Assembly: GCA_963785275.1 (NCBI GenBank)
Contig: CAWAUY010000028.1
Coordinates: 1,916 to 65,915, forward strand
Origin: Candidatus Sulfomarinibacteraceae bacterium
GTDB lineage: Bacteria; Acidobacteriota; Thermoanaerobaculia; Thermoanaerobaculales; Sulfomarinibacteraceae
Length of the DNA stretch: 64,000 bases
Direction of reading: 5' to 3'
The notes beneath the pieces were generated by a model. That model worked only from the letters and a program-made list of their open reading frames with translations, did no database searches and was not told where the DNA came from. Shown here piece by piece: positions 48,961 through 60,194 of this stretch (positions are counted from its first letter, which is position 1; each line of letters starts with the position of its first letter). The position numbers and the translations under genes are program-made.

Positions 48961-50909
48961 GGTGGTGTCCTCCGGTTGGTGTCATAGACCTTCCGATAGG
49001 CCTCGCGGAGATAGATGACTCTCCGAACGTAGGTGTAGGTCTCCGGGATGGGGATCTCCTCGGTGAATCGGCGATGGTCGGGCTGTTGTTTCCACCACTT
49101 GCGAATTCTGGTCTCCCCGCCGTTGTACGCCGCCAGAGCGGGCTCGACGGCCCCAAATCGGCGCAGGAGGTGGGCGAGTTCGCGGGCTCCGATGCGGAGA
49201 TTGATTTCGGCGTTGCGAAGGTCGGGCGAAGAGCCGATTCCCAAAGCCTTCGCGTGGCCCCTTGCGGTCGAAGGCAGCAGCTGCATCGCGCCGACTGCGC
49301 CCCGCGGAGAGACCGCGTGGGCGGTAAATGTGCTTTCCTGACGTGCGATACCGGCCACCAGCCAGGGGTCGACGCCGAACTCAGCGGCGGCGGCCATCAG
49401 CGCTGACCGCCAACGAAGCGGCAGGTAAAGCTCGATCGCGTTCTCAGGAGCATCTGTCAGGGAGACCGTCCCAAGCTCGGGGAAGCCGGCCCGGAGCCAC
49501 CGGATCGAGTCGTTCATTTGCCCCTGTTGAACCGCGAGCTGAGCACCTGCGAGAGCCTCGCCGGGCGCTGGTTTTCGTGCCCGTCGAATACGCCTCCACT
49601 CGCGTGCGGCCTCCGTCTCAGCGCCGGCATCCAACAGCCGCTGCACTGATGCCGGTGGCGCTCCGGGTGCGATCGCAGGAACGGTCCGAGGGGCGTTTGG
49701 CGAGGTCCTGCCCGCCATGTCGAGCGCCCAGCTCGCATAGAGATCAGGCACTGGCACCGCGGCGAGCGCCGCGAGTTCCTGTTCTCCCGCGGCCGCGGAC
49801 ATGGCGGCCCAGAACCTCAAGCTCCGGGCCTGGCCTGGAAGGGCGCGGGCGATCTCGAGCACTCGCTCACGGTTGCCACCCCGACCGGCCAGCGCGAACC
49901 CGAGTCGGCGGCCGAGCCACTCCCGTCTCGAGTCAAGCCATCGCGCGGCCTCGAGCTGCCGCCAGGTGTCGAACGCGGTTTCCAATCGGCCGCTTTCGGT
50001 CGCGCACTCGAGAAGCAGGACGAGTGCTGCATTGCGTTCATTGCGATCGCCGGCGATCGCCGATGCACGGTCTGACGTCGATGCGCAATCTGCAAACGCC
50101 CGTTTCGCGCCGGAGGCCGGCCACCTCCCCCAGGCGCGGTTGCGCAGGGCCCGGGCCCGCAGCATGAGATCGGTGGACCCTGCACGGCGGCCGTCGGGGA
50201 GGGCCAGAAGGGCTCTCCGCGGCGACCCGGCGTCGAGTTCCGCGCGGGCGAGTTCGCGCCGGCGCTCGATCTCCGCGTCGCCGCTCCAACTTTGTGAACG
50301 GAGCTCGGCGGCGGCTCGCGAGGGCGTGTTGTCGCGTTGCCATGCGCGGCTGCGACGCAGACGATCTTCGGGGCCGAGCCCTGCAAGGAGGCGGCGGTCG
50401 AGGTCCCTGTCGTGAGAGGACAAACGGCGCGGTGCCGAAACCGCCAGCCGTTCGGCCGCTGCAAGCCGTGTCGGTTCGTGGGCTACCGTCAACAGGAGTT
50501 CATCTCCTGCCGGAGCGAACGAATCTGGCAGCCTTGATCTCTCGACGGCGGCGGCGCTGAAATCCCCCTCGGCAATCAGACTTTCAATGAGATGGAGCCG
50601 GGCTCGCGCAGCCGACGTCGGTGGCGGTGAGGCGTCGAGGTATTGACGCCAGGAGCCGGAAGGGGCCGACGTCCGTTCGAGACACTCTTTCCAACTCGCC
50701 ATTCGGGCCGCTTCGAGGACGGGGCCGGTTCCGGCCTCGGCAAAGAGCCTCGCTGCCAAGCCGGGGTCCGAGTCGATGAGAGCGAAGGCCCGGTCGAGGA
50801 GCTGGTCGCGGGCGGAGACGGTTGGACCGGCGGGCGCGTTACCACACGCGGCGGCCGTCAAGGCCGCCGCGAGGAACAGGAACGAGCGTGTCGGGAGGAG
50901 GTGCTTCAC
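48957..50909 (-). CDS. Soluble lytic murein transglycosylase (Slt70-like lipoprotein)
   Basis: Lipobox LTAAAC, a long Ala/Arg-rich superhelical region, and the C-terminal SLT catalytic domain (IARQESTFTAHAVSPRGAVGAMQLLPSTA...AAYNGG). The GTG start overlaps the upstream stop (GTGA). Confidence 0.85.
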   Translation of the reverse strand: MKHLLPTRSFLFLAAALTAAACGNAPAGPTVSARDQLLDRAFALIDSDPGLAARLFAEAGTGPVLEAARMASWKECLERTSAPSGSWRQYLDASPPPTSAARARLHLIESLIAEGDFSAAAVERSRLPDSFAPAGDELLLTVAHEPTRLAAAERLAVSAPRRLSSHDRDLDRRLLAGLGPEDRLRRSRAWQRDNTPSRAAAELRSQSWSGDAEIERRRELARAELDAGSPRRALLALPDGRRAGSTDLMLRARALRNRAWGRWPASGAKRAFADCASTSDRASAIAGDRNERNAALVLLLECATESGRLETAFDTWRQLEAARWLDSRREWLGRRLGFALAGRGGNRERVLEIARALPGQARSLRFWAAMSAAAGEQELAALAAVPVPDLYASWALDMAGRTSPNAPRTVPAIAPGAPPASVQRLLDAGAETEAAREWRRIRRARKPAPGEALAGAQLAVQQGQMNDSIRWLRAGFPELGTVSLTDAPENAIELYLPLRWRSALMAAAAEFGVDPWLVAGIARQESTFTAHAVSPRGAVGAMQLLPSTARGHAKALGIGSSPDLRNAEINLRIGARELAHLLRRFGAVEPALAAYNGGETRIRKWWKQQPDHRRFTEEIPIPETYTYVRRVIYLREAYRKVYDTNRRTPP

Positions 50910-52396
50910 CCGCCAAGGGCGTCAGGGTTTCCATCGGCGAGAATCCGAACCAGCTCCTCCTGAAAATAATTGTGGCCGCTGCGGATGTCGGCCGCAATAC
51001 GCTTTTCGAACATCTCGCGGCTTCGTTCGATGTCTTCTTTGAGGCGGGTGGCGAGGTCTTTCTGGATCCGCCCGCGATCCACCTCTTCTTCGTTGTAGAG
51101 CTTGATCTCCGAAACCAGGAGGCGGGCGAATCGCCGCGCCTCTTCGTGGCGGGGGTCATCTTCGGCGGCGTCTGGCTGGGCGCCAGCAGCCGGTTCGACC
51201 GGTGGTTCGATCGGACGGACCGGAGGTGGCGCTTCCGTTTCCTCGACTGCCGGCGGTTGGGCGGGCGCGGCATCCGGCACCAGCGACGGCGGCGGATAGC
51301 TTGCCTGGGTTTGGGGTTCGAAATCGTCCGCCGAGGGCGTTTCCACCGCCTCGACCTGGATGGTCGCGGACGGATCAAAAGCCTCGCCGGTCGGTGCCGC
51401 TTCTTCGACCGCAGGCTCCGGTTCGAAATCGTAATCGACTTCCATGATCTCTTCGGAAGATGCCTCGGCTGCAACGGGGGCTGCCTCGATCTCTTCGGTC
51501 TGTTGCACGGTGTCGTTGAATGTCGGGGCCCCCGTCGCGGGCTCGAACGCCGAAACTTCGGGTTGTTCGAATTCAGGTTCCGCCGGTTCTGGTTCTGGTT
51601 CTGGTTCGGAGACGGTCTCGAAGACTTCCTGTGCGGCGGGAACGGCCGGTTCCGGCTGCTGCAGCGGGGCCACCTCAGCCAACATGGACGAGGGCGCTTC
51701 CGTGCGGTTGTGGAGGGTGTCGATCAGAAGGCAGGCCGTGGCGATGTGCGCCTGGGCGGCATCGAGGACCCAGGGTTGATCACCCTCGTGGTCGACGTAG
51801 ACAATGCCCATGAGCTTGCCGCGAAGACTGATCGGCAGGAGGGCTCCTTCATCGGGCACACCCTGGTCGGTCAACCATTCGGAAACCAGTGGGTCCCGGC
51901 GCGGATCAATCATGAGCGGCATGCCGGTTTCGACGAGCTGGGAGAAGTGGGGTGATGCGGCGACACCGCCGTTCCACGATCGGATCACATCGGGATTGTC
52001 GAATCCGACGCCGCTCCACGCCGTGACCACACCGTCGCGAATCACGAGCACCACCGCGCGCCCGACGTGCTCGCCGAGCAGCGGCAGAAGTGCCCGCAGC
52101 AACTCCGACTGGCTCTTTGCGCCGTCGAGGACGCGCAGATTGTCGAGCGAGACTCCGGTTGAGGGGGGCGGGGCCTGATCGGGGATGGCGTTCAATCCGG
52201 CAAGCTCCGACTCGAGATCTTTGATGGGAAAGAGCTCGTCGGCGTCGGTCGGCAGGGCCTCCTGAACCGAGCTCTTCATCGTGTCGACGAGGTTCTCGAG
52301 TTGAATGACAAAGTCGTTGAAACGGTTCGCCACCGCATCGAGACCGTGACGCTGAGTCAATTTGAGATGCTCGAGCAGGGCATCGTAGCGATCCAT
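50906..52396 (-). CDS. GAF-domain protein with an acidic Pro/Glu-rich linker and a conserved basic C-terminal module
   Basis: ATG 52394-52396 is preceded by TAGGAGG. GAF-like region (AVVLVIRDGVVTAWSGVGF...LRGKLMGIVYVDHEG). A roughly 170-aa linker includes EPEPEPEP. The C-terminus is HEEARRFARLLVSEIKLYNEEEVDRGR. Confidence 0.7.
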   Translation of the reverse strand: MDRYDALLEHLKLTQRHGLDAVANRFNDFVIQLENLVDTMKSSVQEALPTDADELFPIKDLESELAGLNAIPDQAPPPSTGVSLDNLRVLDGAKSQSELLRALLPLLGEHVGRAVVLVIRDGVVTAWSGVGFDNPDVIRSWNGGVAASPHFSQLVETGMPLMIDPRRDPLVSEWLTDQGVPDEGALLPISLRGKLMGIVYVDHEGDQPWVLDAAQAHIATACLLIDTLHNRTEAPSSMLAEVAPLQQPEPAVPAAQEVFETVSEPEPEPEPAEPEFEQPEVSAFEPATGAPTFNDTVQQTEEIEAAPVAAEASSEEIMEVDYDFEPEPAVEEAAPTGEAFDPSATIQVEAVETPSADDFEPQTQASYPPPSLVPDAAPAQPPAVEETEAPPPVRPIEPPVEPAAGAQPDAAEDDPRHEEARRFARLLVSEIKLYNEEEVDRGRIQKDLATRLKEDIERSREMFEKRIAADIRSGHNYFQEELVRILADGNPDALGG

Positions 52397-52650
52397 GGTG
52401 CCTCCTATCGCGCTTCCTACCATTATCCACACCACCCCGACGATCCGTCAAGCTCTTGTATCTCAGTGCGATCCGCTGTGCTCGCCCAATCGACGCGAGG
52501 GACGAAACCGCGCCCTCTTTTTCCCGATTTTCCGCGGTTGCGGTCGCATCGGATCGGCCCGGGCACAGCGATCCCCCGGCCGTGCTCAGGGTTCGTGAAT
52601 GTTGTCACAAGGCGCGGTTTCTGGTAGCGTGCGGGGCGAAGGGAGGAGCT

Positions 52651-53448
52651 ATGAAAAGGAGCCGATTCCTGCCGTGCAGCGTGGCAGTACTCGTTGCAAT
52701 CGCACTCATCTCGGGATGTTCTCGAGGCCCCAGCGAGGAGGAGCTCGCGCAAACCCAATTCGAGGAACAGCTTGCACAGCTTCAAACGCAATACCAGGAT
52801 CTCCAGGATCGACGCGCCGAACTCGCTGCAGCGACGACCGCTCTGACCGAGATCGAAGCCGTTCGGGAACGCGATCGCACCGACGAGCAGAAGGCCGAAC
52901 TCGAGACCCTGCCGGTGACGATCGACGAGCTCACGGTCGCGAGGGACGAGGCCTTTGATCTGGCGCAGGACACGTTGGCCAACTTTCTCAACGTCGCCCT
53001 CAACAACTTCCCGGAGGACCCGGCAACCGTCCAGGGTCTCAACATCTACGCCGATGAGGCGATTCTGATCGCCCGCGACACCGTGTTCAAGGCGGGAGAC
53101 TACAAAAAAGCGACCGACCAGCTTGCTTCTGCACTCAGCTACTACGAGACCCTGTCGCTCCCGATCTACCCGGCGCTGGCAGACACCCTCGCAGAGCTCG
53201 AAGACATGCGCTTTATCAACCAGGAGCGCTTCGATCTCATCAAAAAGAACATGACCATGGACGAGGTCAAAGAGATCGCAGGGGTTCCCTACTACCAGAA
53301 CATTCAGGTCGATGAAAAGCGCGGCGTCGAGACATGGCTCTACCGCAAAGTCGAGGGCGGTGCAGCGGCCATCTACTTCAAGGTGAAAACCACAAAGAGC
53401 TACGACAAGAAGTGGGACGCCGTCAAGACCAAGGTTGTTACCGACTGA
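52651..53448 (+). CDS. Lipoprotein with a coiled-coil region and a BamE/SmpA-OmlA-like C-terminal motif
   Basis: ATG 52651 is preceded by GGGAGGAG. The lipobox is LISGC. Contains KKNMTMDEVKEIAGVPYY...WLY. Confidence 0.7.
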   Translation: MKRSRFLPCSVAVLVAIALISGCSRGPSEEELAQTQFEEQLAQLQTQYQDLQDRRAELAAATTALTEIEAVRERDRTDEQKAELETLPVTIDELTVARDEAFDLAQDTLANFLNVALNNFPEDPATVQGLNIYADEAILIARDTVFKAGDYKKATDQLASALSYYETLSLPIYPALADTLAELEDMRFINQERFDLIKKNMTMDEVKEIAGVPYYQNIQVDEKRGVETWLYRKVEGGAAAIYFKVKTTKSYDKKWDAVKTKVVTD

Positions 53449-53473
53449 TTCTCAGATATTCGAGAGATATCTA

Positions 53474-53507
53474 CGCGGCGCCCACCGTGGACGGGGGCGC
53501 CGCGTTT
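53474..53507 (+). terminator. Strong GC hairpin after the lipoprotein gene (short U-tract)
   Basis: CGCGGCGCCC(53474-53483) pairs with GGGCGCCGCG(53495-53504). An inner CCG/CGG extension is possible. It is followed by TTT. Confidence 0.45.
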
Positions 53508-53534
53508 GACGCTCCGGAAAGCTGGTGATATTCT
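53506..53534 (+). promoter_or_regulatory. Candidate sigma70 promoter of rpsU
   Basis: TTGACG(53506-53511)-N17-TATTCT(53529-53534), with TG at 53526-53527 (extended -10-like). 76 nt upstream of the rpsU ATG. Confidence 0.45.
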
Positions 53535-53609
53535 TCCGATCCCATTGCGCGCGCCGAGGACTCCGTCAAGGGTGTCGGCGCAGATTGCACCGAGAGGGGG
53601 TGAACCCAT

Positions 53610-53822
53610 ATGCCGACTGGTGTCATAGTTCGTGACAATGAATCCTTCGAACAGGCGCTCCGCCGCTTCAAAAGGAAGTGCGAAAAAGCCGGCATCCTCT
53701 CTGAGGTCAAAAGGCGCCGCTTTTACGAAAAGCCTTCCGAGCGCCGCAAACGGGAAATGATCCAGGCCCGAAAGAAGATGCTTCGCAAGATGGCCAAGCA
53801 GCGTCGTGCCGGCCTGCTGTAG
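53610..53822 (+). CDS. rpsU: 30S ribosomal protein S21
   Basis: [39 protein letters not shown]. 70 aa. RBS is GGGGGTGA. Confidence 0.95.
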   Translation: MPTGVIVRDNESFEQALRRFKRKCEKAGILSEVKRRRFYEKPSERRKREMIQARKKMLRKMAKQRRAGLL

Positions 53823-53830
53823 CTTCTACG

Positions 53831-56200
53831 GTGGACCGCTCGATCGCTTCTGACGTCGAGTTCGACAAAGTACTTCAGTTGATCGCGGCCCACGCCCGCA
53901 GCGGCGTGGGCCGTATTTTTCTCGAGCGTTCGGTTGTCGAACCTCATCCAGGTGGCGACCCCGACGATGCCGCCCGTCTGGTGCTCGCCCTGACCGAGCT
54001 GATCGAGGATGATGAGACGCTCTCATTCGCCGGGGTCGACGACGCACTGCCGTGGTTGGAGGACGATGCGCCGCCGCCGTCCGAACCGCGCGATCTCCTC
54101 GCCCTGCTCGGTCTCGCAAAGAGGGTGGCGGCCGTTCGCCGCCGGTTCGGCGCCGCCGCGAGCGATCGCCTGCGCGCCCTCGCGGAGAAGCTCCCCGACA
54201 CGACCGAACTCGTCGCCGCGGTGTCGCCGCGCCTCAACGCTGACGGAACGGTCGCGGACTCCGCGTCGTCGGAGCTGCAACGTCTGCGCCGCGAGGTCGG
54301 GCGGGCACGCACCGATGTGACGGCCGAACTTGACGGCATCCGGCGCGCCCACGGCGATGTGGTGACCGATGCGCCGCCGACGCTGCGCCGCGATCGCTAC
54401 TGCCTGCCGGTCAGGTCGTCGGCCAGAGGGCAGCTTCCGGGTCTCCTGCTGGATGTCTCGGCCCGTGGTGCAACCGCCTTTGTCGAACCGCTGGCCGTAG
54501 TCGAGCTCAACAATCGGTTGACCGCCGCGTCTGCGGGTGAGCGGCGCGAGATCCAGCGGATCCTGGCCGAGATCGCCCGTCAATTCGCCGCGGCGCACGA
54601 CGATCTGGCTGCGGCCGTTGAGGTGCTCGCCGAAATCGACGCTGTCCAGGCCAAAGTTTTGTTCGGGCGTCGAGTCGATGGCCGGGTCGTCCTGCCGGCG
54701 GCGACATCCGAACTGGTTTTGCGCGGCGCCCGCCACCCGCTGCTCGACGAGCGTTTGCATGCTCTGAGGGTCGATGTTTTCGGGGACATGGAACAGCGCG
54801 ACCCCGGGCATCGGGTCGTGCCGTTGGATTTCGCGATGCCGGAGGGCATCCGGACCCTCGTGGTCTCGGGGCCGAACGCGGGCGGCAAGACCGTCGTCCT
54901 CAAGACCATCGGTCTCATGGCATTGATGAGTCAGCATGGAATTCCGCTGCCTGTTGATGAGGGCACGGCCATCCCGGACTTCTCCCGTCTGTGGTGCCAT
55001 ATCGGTGACGAGCAGAACGTTGCGGCGGATCTGTCGACTTTTTCCGGTTCTATGGCGGCCACCGCCCGTCTCCTCGACGACGCGGACGACACCACACTGG
55101 TGTTGTTCGACGAGCTCGGCGCCGGCACCGATCCACTCGAGGGGGCTGCGATCGGATGCGCCCTTCTCGAAGAGTTGTCAAACCGCGGCGCGGTCACAGT
55201 GGTCTCGACCCACCTCGCGGCGATCGCCTTGTCGGCGAATTCGGCGAACGGCATGGAGAACGCGGCGGTGGAGTACGACGAAGACACCCAGCGTCCCACC
55301 TACGTTCTCGCCGTAGGCCGGCCCGGGCGATCGCGGGCGTTGGAAATCGCAGACCGCGTGGGAGTGTCGCACGCGGTGCTCGAACGAGCGCGAGAGCTTC
55401 TCGGCGGCGATCACCTCGAACTCGACCGCTGGCTGCGTCGCCTCGAAAATCTAGAGATGCAGCTCGAGGCCGAGCGCTCCGAGGTCGCGCTGCTGCGAGC
55501 CGAGACCGACGGATACCAACAGGAGGCCAGACGCGAACTGCAGAAACTCGAGAACGAACGCCTTGCCCTCCCGGAGGTGTTGGCCGCAGAACGTGACGAG
55601 CTGCGCCGACGCGCCAAGAAGAAGCTCGACGCCGCCATCACGCGTCTCCAGAGTGCGGTGGAGGAACACGAGGCGCTCGGCAGGAGGCGATTGCAGAAGC
55701 TGCGCGACGAGGCTCTCGACCTCGATGATCGTCAGGTGTCGCCAACTCCGAGCGCCGGCGGTCTCGAGGTCGGCGCGCGGGTCCGGCTTGCAGTCGGTGG
55801 CAAGGGCGTGCTGCGCGAGATCCGCGGATCGCAGGCCCGGGTGGAAGTGGCCGGCAAGAAACTGTGGGTGCCGGTGGGCGAGCTCCAGGTGGTTGCGGGG
55901 CCGCCCCCCGCGCAGCAAGCGGCCGTGAGGGTGGAGACCGTCGACCCGTCGGACCGCGAACTCAAGCTGATTGGTCTCGACCGCGAACACGCCCGCGAGG
56001 AGCTCGAGCGCTTTCTCGATCGGGCCTCGACCTCGGGTCTGCCCGCGGTGCGGGTGGTGCACGGCCACGGGACGGGGACCCTCCGTCGACTGGTCACCGA
56101 GATCTGTCGTTCGCACCCTTCCGTCCGCTCGTTCCGCCACCCGCCTCAGCACCGCGGCGGCACGGGGGCCACTGAAGTGGAGCTGGATCACGGCTCGTGA
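53831..56200 (+). CDS. mutS2: Endonuclease MutS2 (MutS domain plus C-terminal Smr domain)
   Basis: Walker A VVSGPNAGGKTV, LFDELGAGTDP, and the Smr domain LIGLDREHAREELERFLDRA...VRVVHGHGTGTLR. GTG start. Confidence 0.92.
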   Translation: MDRSIASDVEFDKVLQLIAAHARSGVGRIFLERSVVEPHPGGDPDDAARLVLALTELIEDDETLSFAGVDDALPWLEDDAPPPSEPRDLLALLGLAKRVAAVRRRFGAAASDRLRALAEKLPDTTELVAAVSPRLNADGTVADSASSELQRLRREVGRARTDVTAELDGIRRAHGDVVTDAPPTLRRDRYCLPVRSSARGQLPGLLLDVSARGATAFVEPLAVVELNNRLTAASAGERREIQRILAEIARQFAAAHDDLAAAVEVLAEIDAVQAKVLFGRRVDGRVVLPAATSELVLRGARHPLLDERLHALRVDVFGDMEQRDPGHRVVPLDFAMPEGIRTLVVSGPNAGGKTVVLKTIGLMALMSQHGIPLPVDEGTAIPDFSRLWCHIGDEQNVAADLSTFSGSMAATARLLDDADDTTLVLFDELGAGTDPLEGAAIGCALLEELSNRGAVTVVSTHLAAIALSANSANGMENAAVEYDEDTQRPTYVLAVGRPGRSRALEIADRVGVSHAVLERARELLGGDHLELDRWLRRLENLEMQLEAERSEVALLRAETDGYQQEARRELQKLENERLALPEVLAAERDELRRRAKKKLDAAITRLQSAVEEHEALGRRRLQKLRDEALDLDDRQVSPTPSAGGLEVGARVRLAVGGKGVLREIRGSQARVEVAGKKLWVPVGELQVVAGPPPAQQAAVRVETVDPSDRELKLIGLDREHAREELERFLDRASTSGLPAVRVVHGHGTGTLRRLVTEICRSHPSVRSFRHPPQHRGGTGATEVELDHGS

Positions 56201-56243
56201 AACCAAGAATCAACTGATAGGTTGCGGTCGGTATGAATCAGAT

Positions 56244-56418
56244 ATTTGATCTTGGATTTTGGATATTTGTTCTTACGGTGCTCTACGCTTGGCCTGCTTG
56301 TGGTGGCGATTACGATTTGTTGACATCCAACATCCAACATCCTGTCAACACTCCGCGATCTTACCATTCCGAGAAGCAGTCTGGCAAGAGTATCCAACAT
56401 CCAACATCCAACATCCGT
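56244..56418 (+). repeat. Heptamer-repeat element C: one (nTTGGAT) array and two complementary (CATCCAA) arrays between mutS2 and dnaG
   Basis: L array: ATTTGAT CTTGGAT TTTGGAT ATTTGTT (56244-56271). R1 array: CATCCAA CATCCAA CATCC (56324-56342), sitting in the loop of the 8-bp hairpin TGTTGACA/TGTCAACA (56318-56325/56343-56350). R2 array: TATCCAA CATCCAA CATCCAA CATCCGT (56391-56418). Confidence 0.7.
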
Positions 56419-56442
56419 ACCTTTATGTAAGAATGACCCCTC

Positions 56443-58200
56443 ATGGTAGACGCTGACCTGACCCGCGATGTCATTTCGCGCGTGCGCGAGGCCGCCGATA
56501 TGGTGGATGTGGCGGGCGAGTATGTGAGGCTGAAGAAGCGGGGTCGGACGTGGGAGGGGTTGTGCCCGTTCCACGAAGAAAAGACCCCTTCGTTCTCGGT
56601 GGATGCGGAAAAAGGCCTCTACTACTGTTTCGGCTGCCATCAGGGCGGCGACATTTTCAAGTTCCTGATGCAGCTCGAAAACCTCAATTTCCCCGAGGCT
56701 GTCGAGCGGTTGGCGCGCCGCTACGGGGTGACGCTGCCGCCCCGAAGCCCCGAAGCCAGACAACGGCGCGACGCCGGCGACCGCCAGCGCGTCCTCCTCG
56801 AGGAGGCGCAGCGTTTCTTCGCCGAGTGCCTGGAACAACCGATGGGTCGCGAAGCGCAGACCGAACTCGATCGCCGGGGTTTTGCAAAGGAGAGTTGGCA
56901 GGCGTTTGGCTTCGGATTTGCTCCGGACGGCTGGCGCGGCCTCCTGGACCATCTGACCAGGCGGCATCCCGAAGGCGCTCTCGTTGAGGCCGGTCTCGCC
57001 GTGCGCCCTGAAAGCGGGACCGCGCCGTACGACCGATTTCGCAACCGCCTGACCTTTCCTGTGCGCAGCGGCGACGGCGCGTTGATCGCATTCGGCGGCC
57101 GTGTCCTCGGCGACGGCGAACCCAAGTATCTGAACAGCCCGGAGACCCAGATCTTCCGCAAACGATCGACGCTCTTCTGTCTGGATCGGGCGCGGCGGGC
57201 GATCGCCGACCAGGCGACGGTGCTGGTCGTCGAAGGCTACTTTGATTGTCTCTCCCTGCACCGGGTCGGAATCTCAAACGCCGTGGCGACTCTGGGCACC
57301 GCGCTGACGACCGATCACGCGCGGCTTCTCAAACGGCGGCTCGGACCCGAAGGCCTGGCTCTGCTCTGCTACGACGCTGACAATGCAGGGCGCCGTGCTG
57401 CAGCGTCCGGCGCGCAGACCCTCCTCGAAACCGGAGTCGACGTGGCCGTTATCGTCCTGCCGATGGGAGAAGACCCCGACGATGTCATTCGTGAACGCGG
57501 GGTCGAGTCGTTTCGCGAGACCCTCGATCACCCGACGCCTCTGCTCGAGTTCCTGCTCGGCGACCTCCCGCCCGAACCTGCCCGCCGCCGGCGCGCGGGT
57601 TTGCAGCTGGCGCCTCTTGTGTGCTCGGCATCCGATCCTGCCGTGCGCCAGAATCTGATCGAGGAGCTGGCTCGGCAACTGTATCTTCGGCCTAGAGATG
57701 TGGAAGAGCATGGAAACCGGGGGCGGCGCGGTCCGGTCGCCCCGTCGAGTGCTGTGCCCAAGCGGCAGGCTCTGCCGTCTGGCGAACGGGAGCTGTTGCG
57801 GATGGTCATCGAGGGTTCACAGGAGTGGCGCCGTCGGATCCTGGACGCCGTCGACCTGGACCTGATCGAGGACCCGCGGGTGAAAGCCATTCTCGATGCT
57901 GCTCGCGAGACTGACGGGTCTGCGGAGAGCGCCGCCGATTTTGTGGGGGACCTGGTCCGGCGAACCGAGCAACCGGACCTCGGTTCGCTGGTCGCGGAGC
58001 TGAGCACGGCGCCGATGCCCGAGGTGACCGAAGAGACCATTCGCCGCCAGCTGACCCTCCTCTTGGAACACCAGGCCAGGGAGCTCGCGCGGCGGTTGGC
58101 GCCGCTGATTGCCGAGGCCGAGGCGCGAGGTGACCTGGCTGAATTGGACAGATTATTGGGGGAAAAAGCCAGATTACGGCAGAAAAATGTAGAAATCTGA
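56443..58200 (+). CDS. dnaG: DNA primase
   Basis: Zinc finger CPFHEEKTPSFSVDAEKGLYYCFGCHQGGD and the TOPRIM motif VVEGYFDCLS...DADNAGRRAA. Confidence 0.95.
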   Translation: MVDADLTRDVISRVREAADMVDVAGEYVRLKKRGRTWEGLCPFHEEKTPSFSVDAEKGLYYCFGCHQGGDIFKFLMQLENLNFPEAVERLARRYGVTLPPRSPEARQRRDAGDRQRVLLEEAQRFFAECLEQPMGREAQTELDRRGFAKESWQAFGFGFAPDGWRGLLDHLTRRHPEGALVEAGLAVRPESGTAPYDRFRNRLTFPVRSGDGALIAFGGRVLGDGEPKYLNSPETQIFRKRSTLFCLDRARRAIADQATVLVVEGYFDCLSLHRVGISNAVATLGTALTTDHARLLKRRLGPEGLALLCYDADNAGRRAAASGAQTLLETGVDVAVIVLPMGEDPDDVIRERGVESFRETLDHPTPLLEFLLGDLPPEPARRRRAGLQLAPLVCSASDPAVRQNLIEELARQLYLRPRDVEEHGNRGRRGPVAPSSAVPKRQALPSGERELLRMVIEGSQEWRRRILDAVDLDLIEDPRVKAILDAARETDGSAESAADFVGDLVRRTEQPDLGSLVAELSTAPMPEVTEETIRRQLTLLLEHQARELARRLAPLIAEAEARGDLAELDRLLGEKARLRQKNVEI

Positions 58201-58471
58201 CATTTTCTGCTCCACAGGGGTTGCCAAAACCGGTTTTGAGACCCATATTCCCTTGGATGGTGAGTGGCCCTGCGCACAGTGCCTGTGCTGAGAACCGACG
58301 CCCACCTTGAACACACCTTGATGGACGGAATTTTTGACTGACCCCTTTTGGGAATGGAATGCCTGCGCGAAGTGCTGTTCACTGCGCAGTGCCTCGGGCA
58401 GTGTCGAACGACCGGTGAACCCCTCGTATGTATCGGTTTGAGCAATTCTCCCTCGTGAATGGAGGCGGCTT

Positions 58472-60187
<1,716 letters not shown>

Positions 60188-60194
60188 TCTCGGA

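Noticed and set aside
51585-51608. (GGTTCT)3-GGTTCG tandem hexamer considered as a non-coding microsatellite.
   Set aside because: It lies inside the GAF-protein gene and encodes EPEPEPEP in frame on the minus strand. It is reported only as a potentially length-variable coding tract.
56233-56456. ORFs 56233..56430 + and 56259..56456 +, containing IQHPTSNIQHP-type peptide repeats.
   Set aside because: These are translation artefacts of the CATCCAA heptamer arrays: 3 x 7 nt gives a 7-aa periodicity. There is no RBS, and they lie in the mutS2-dnaG spacer.
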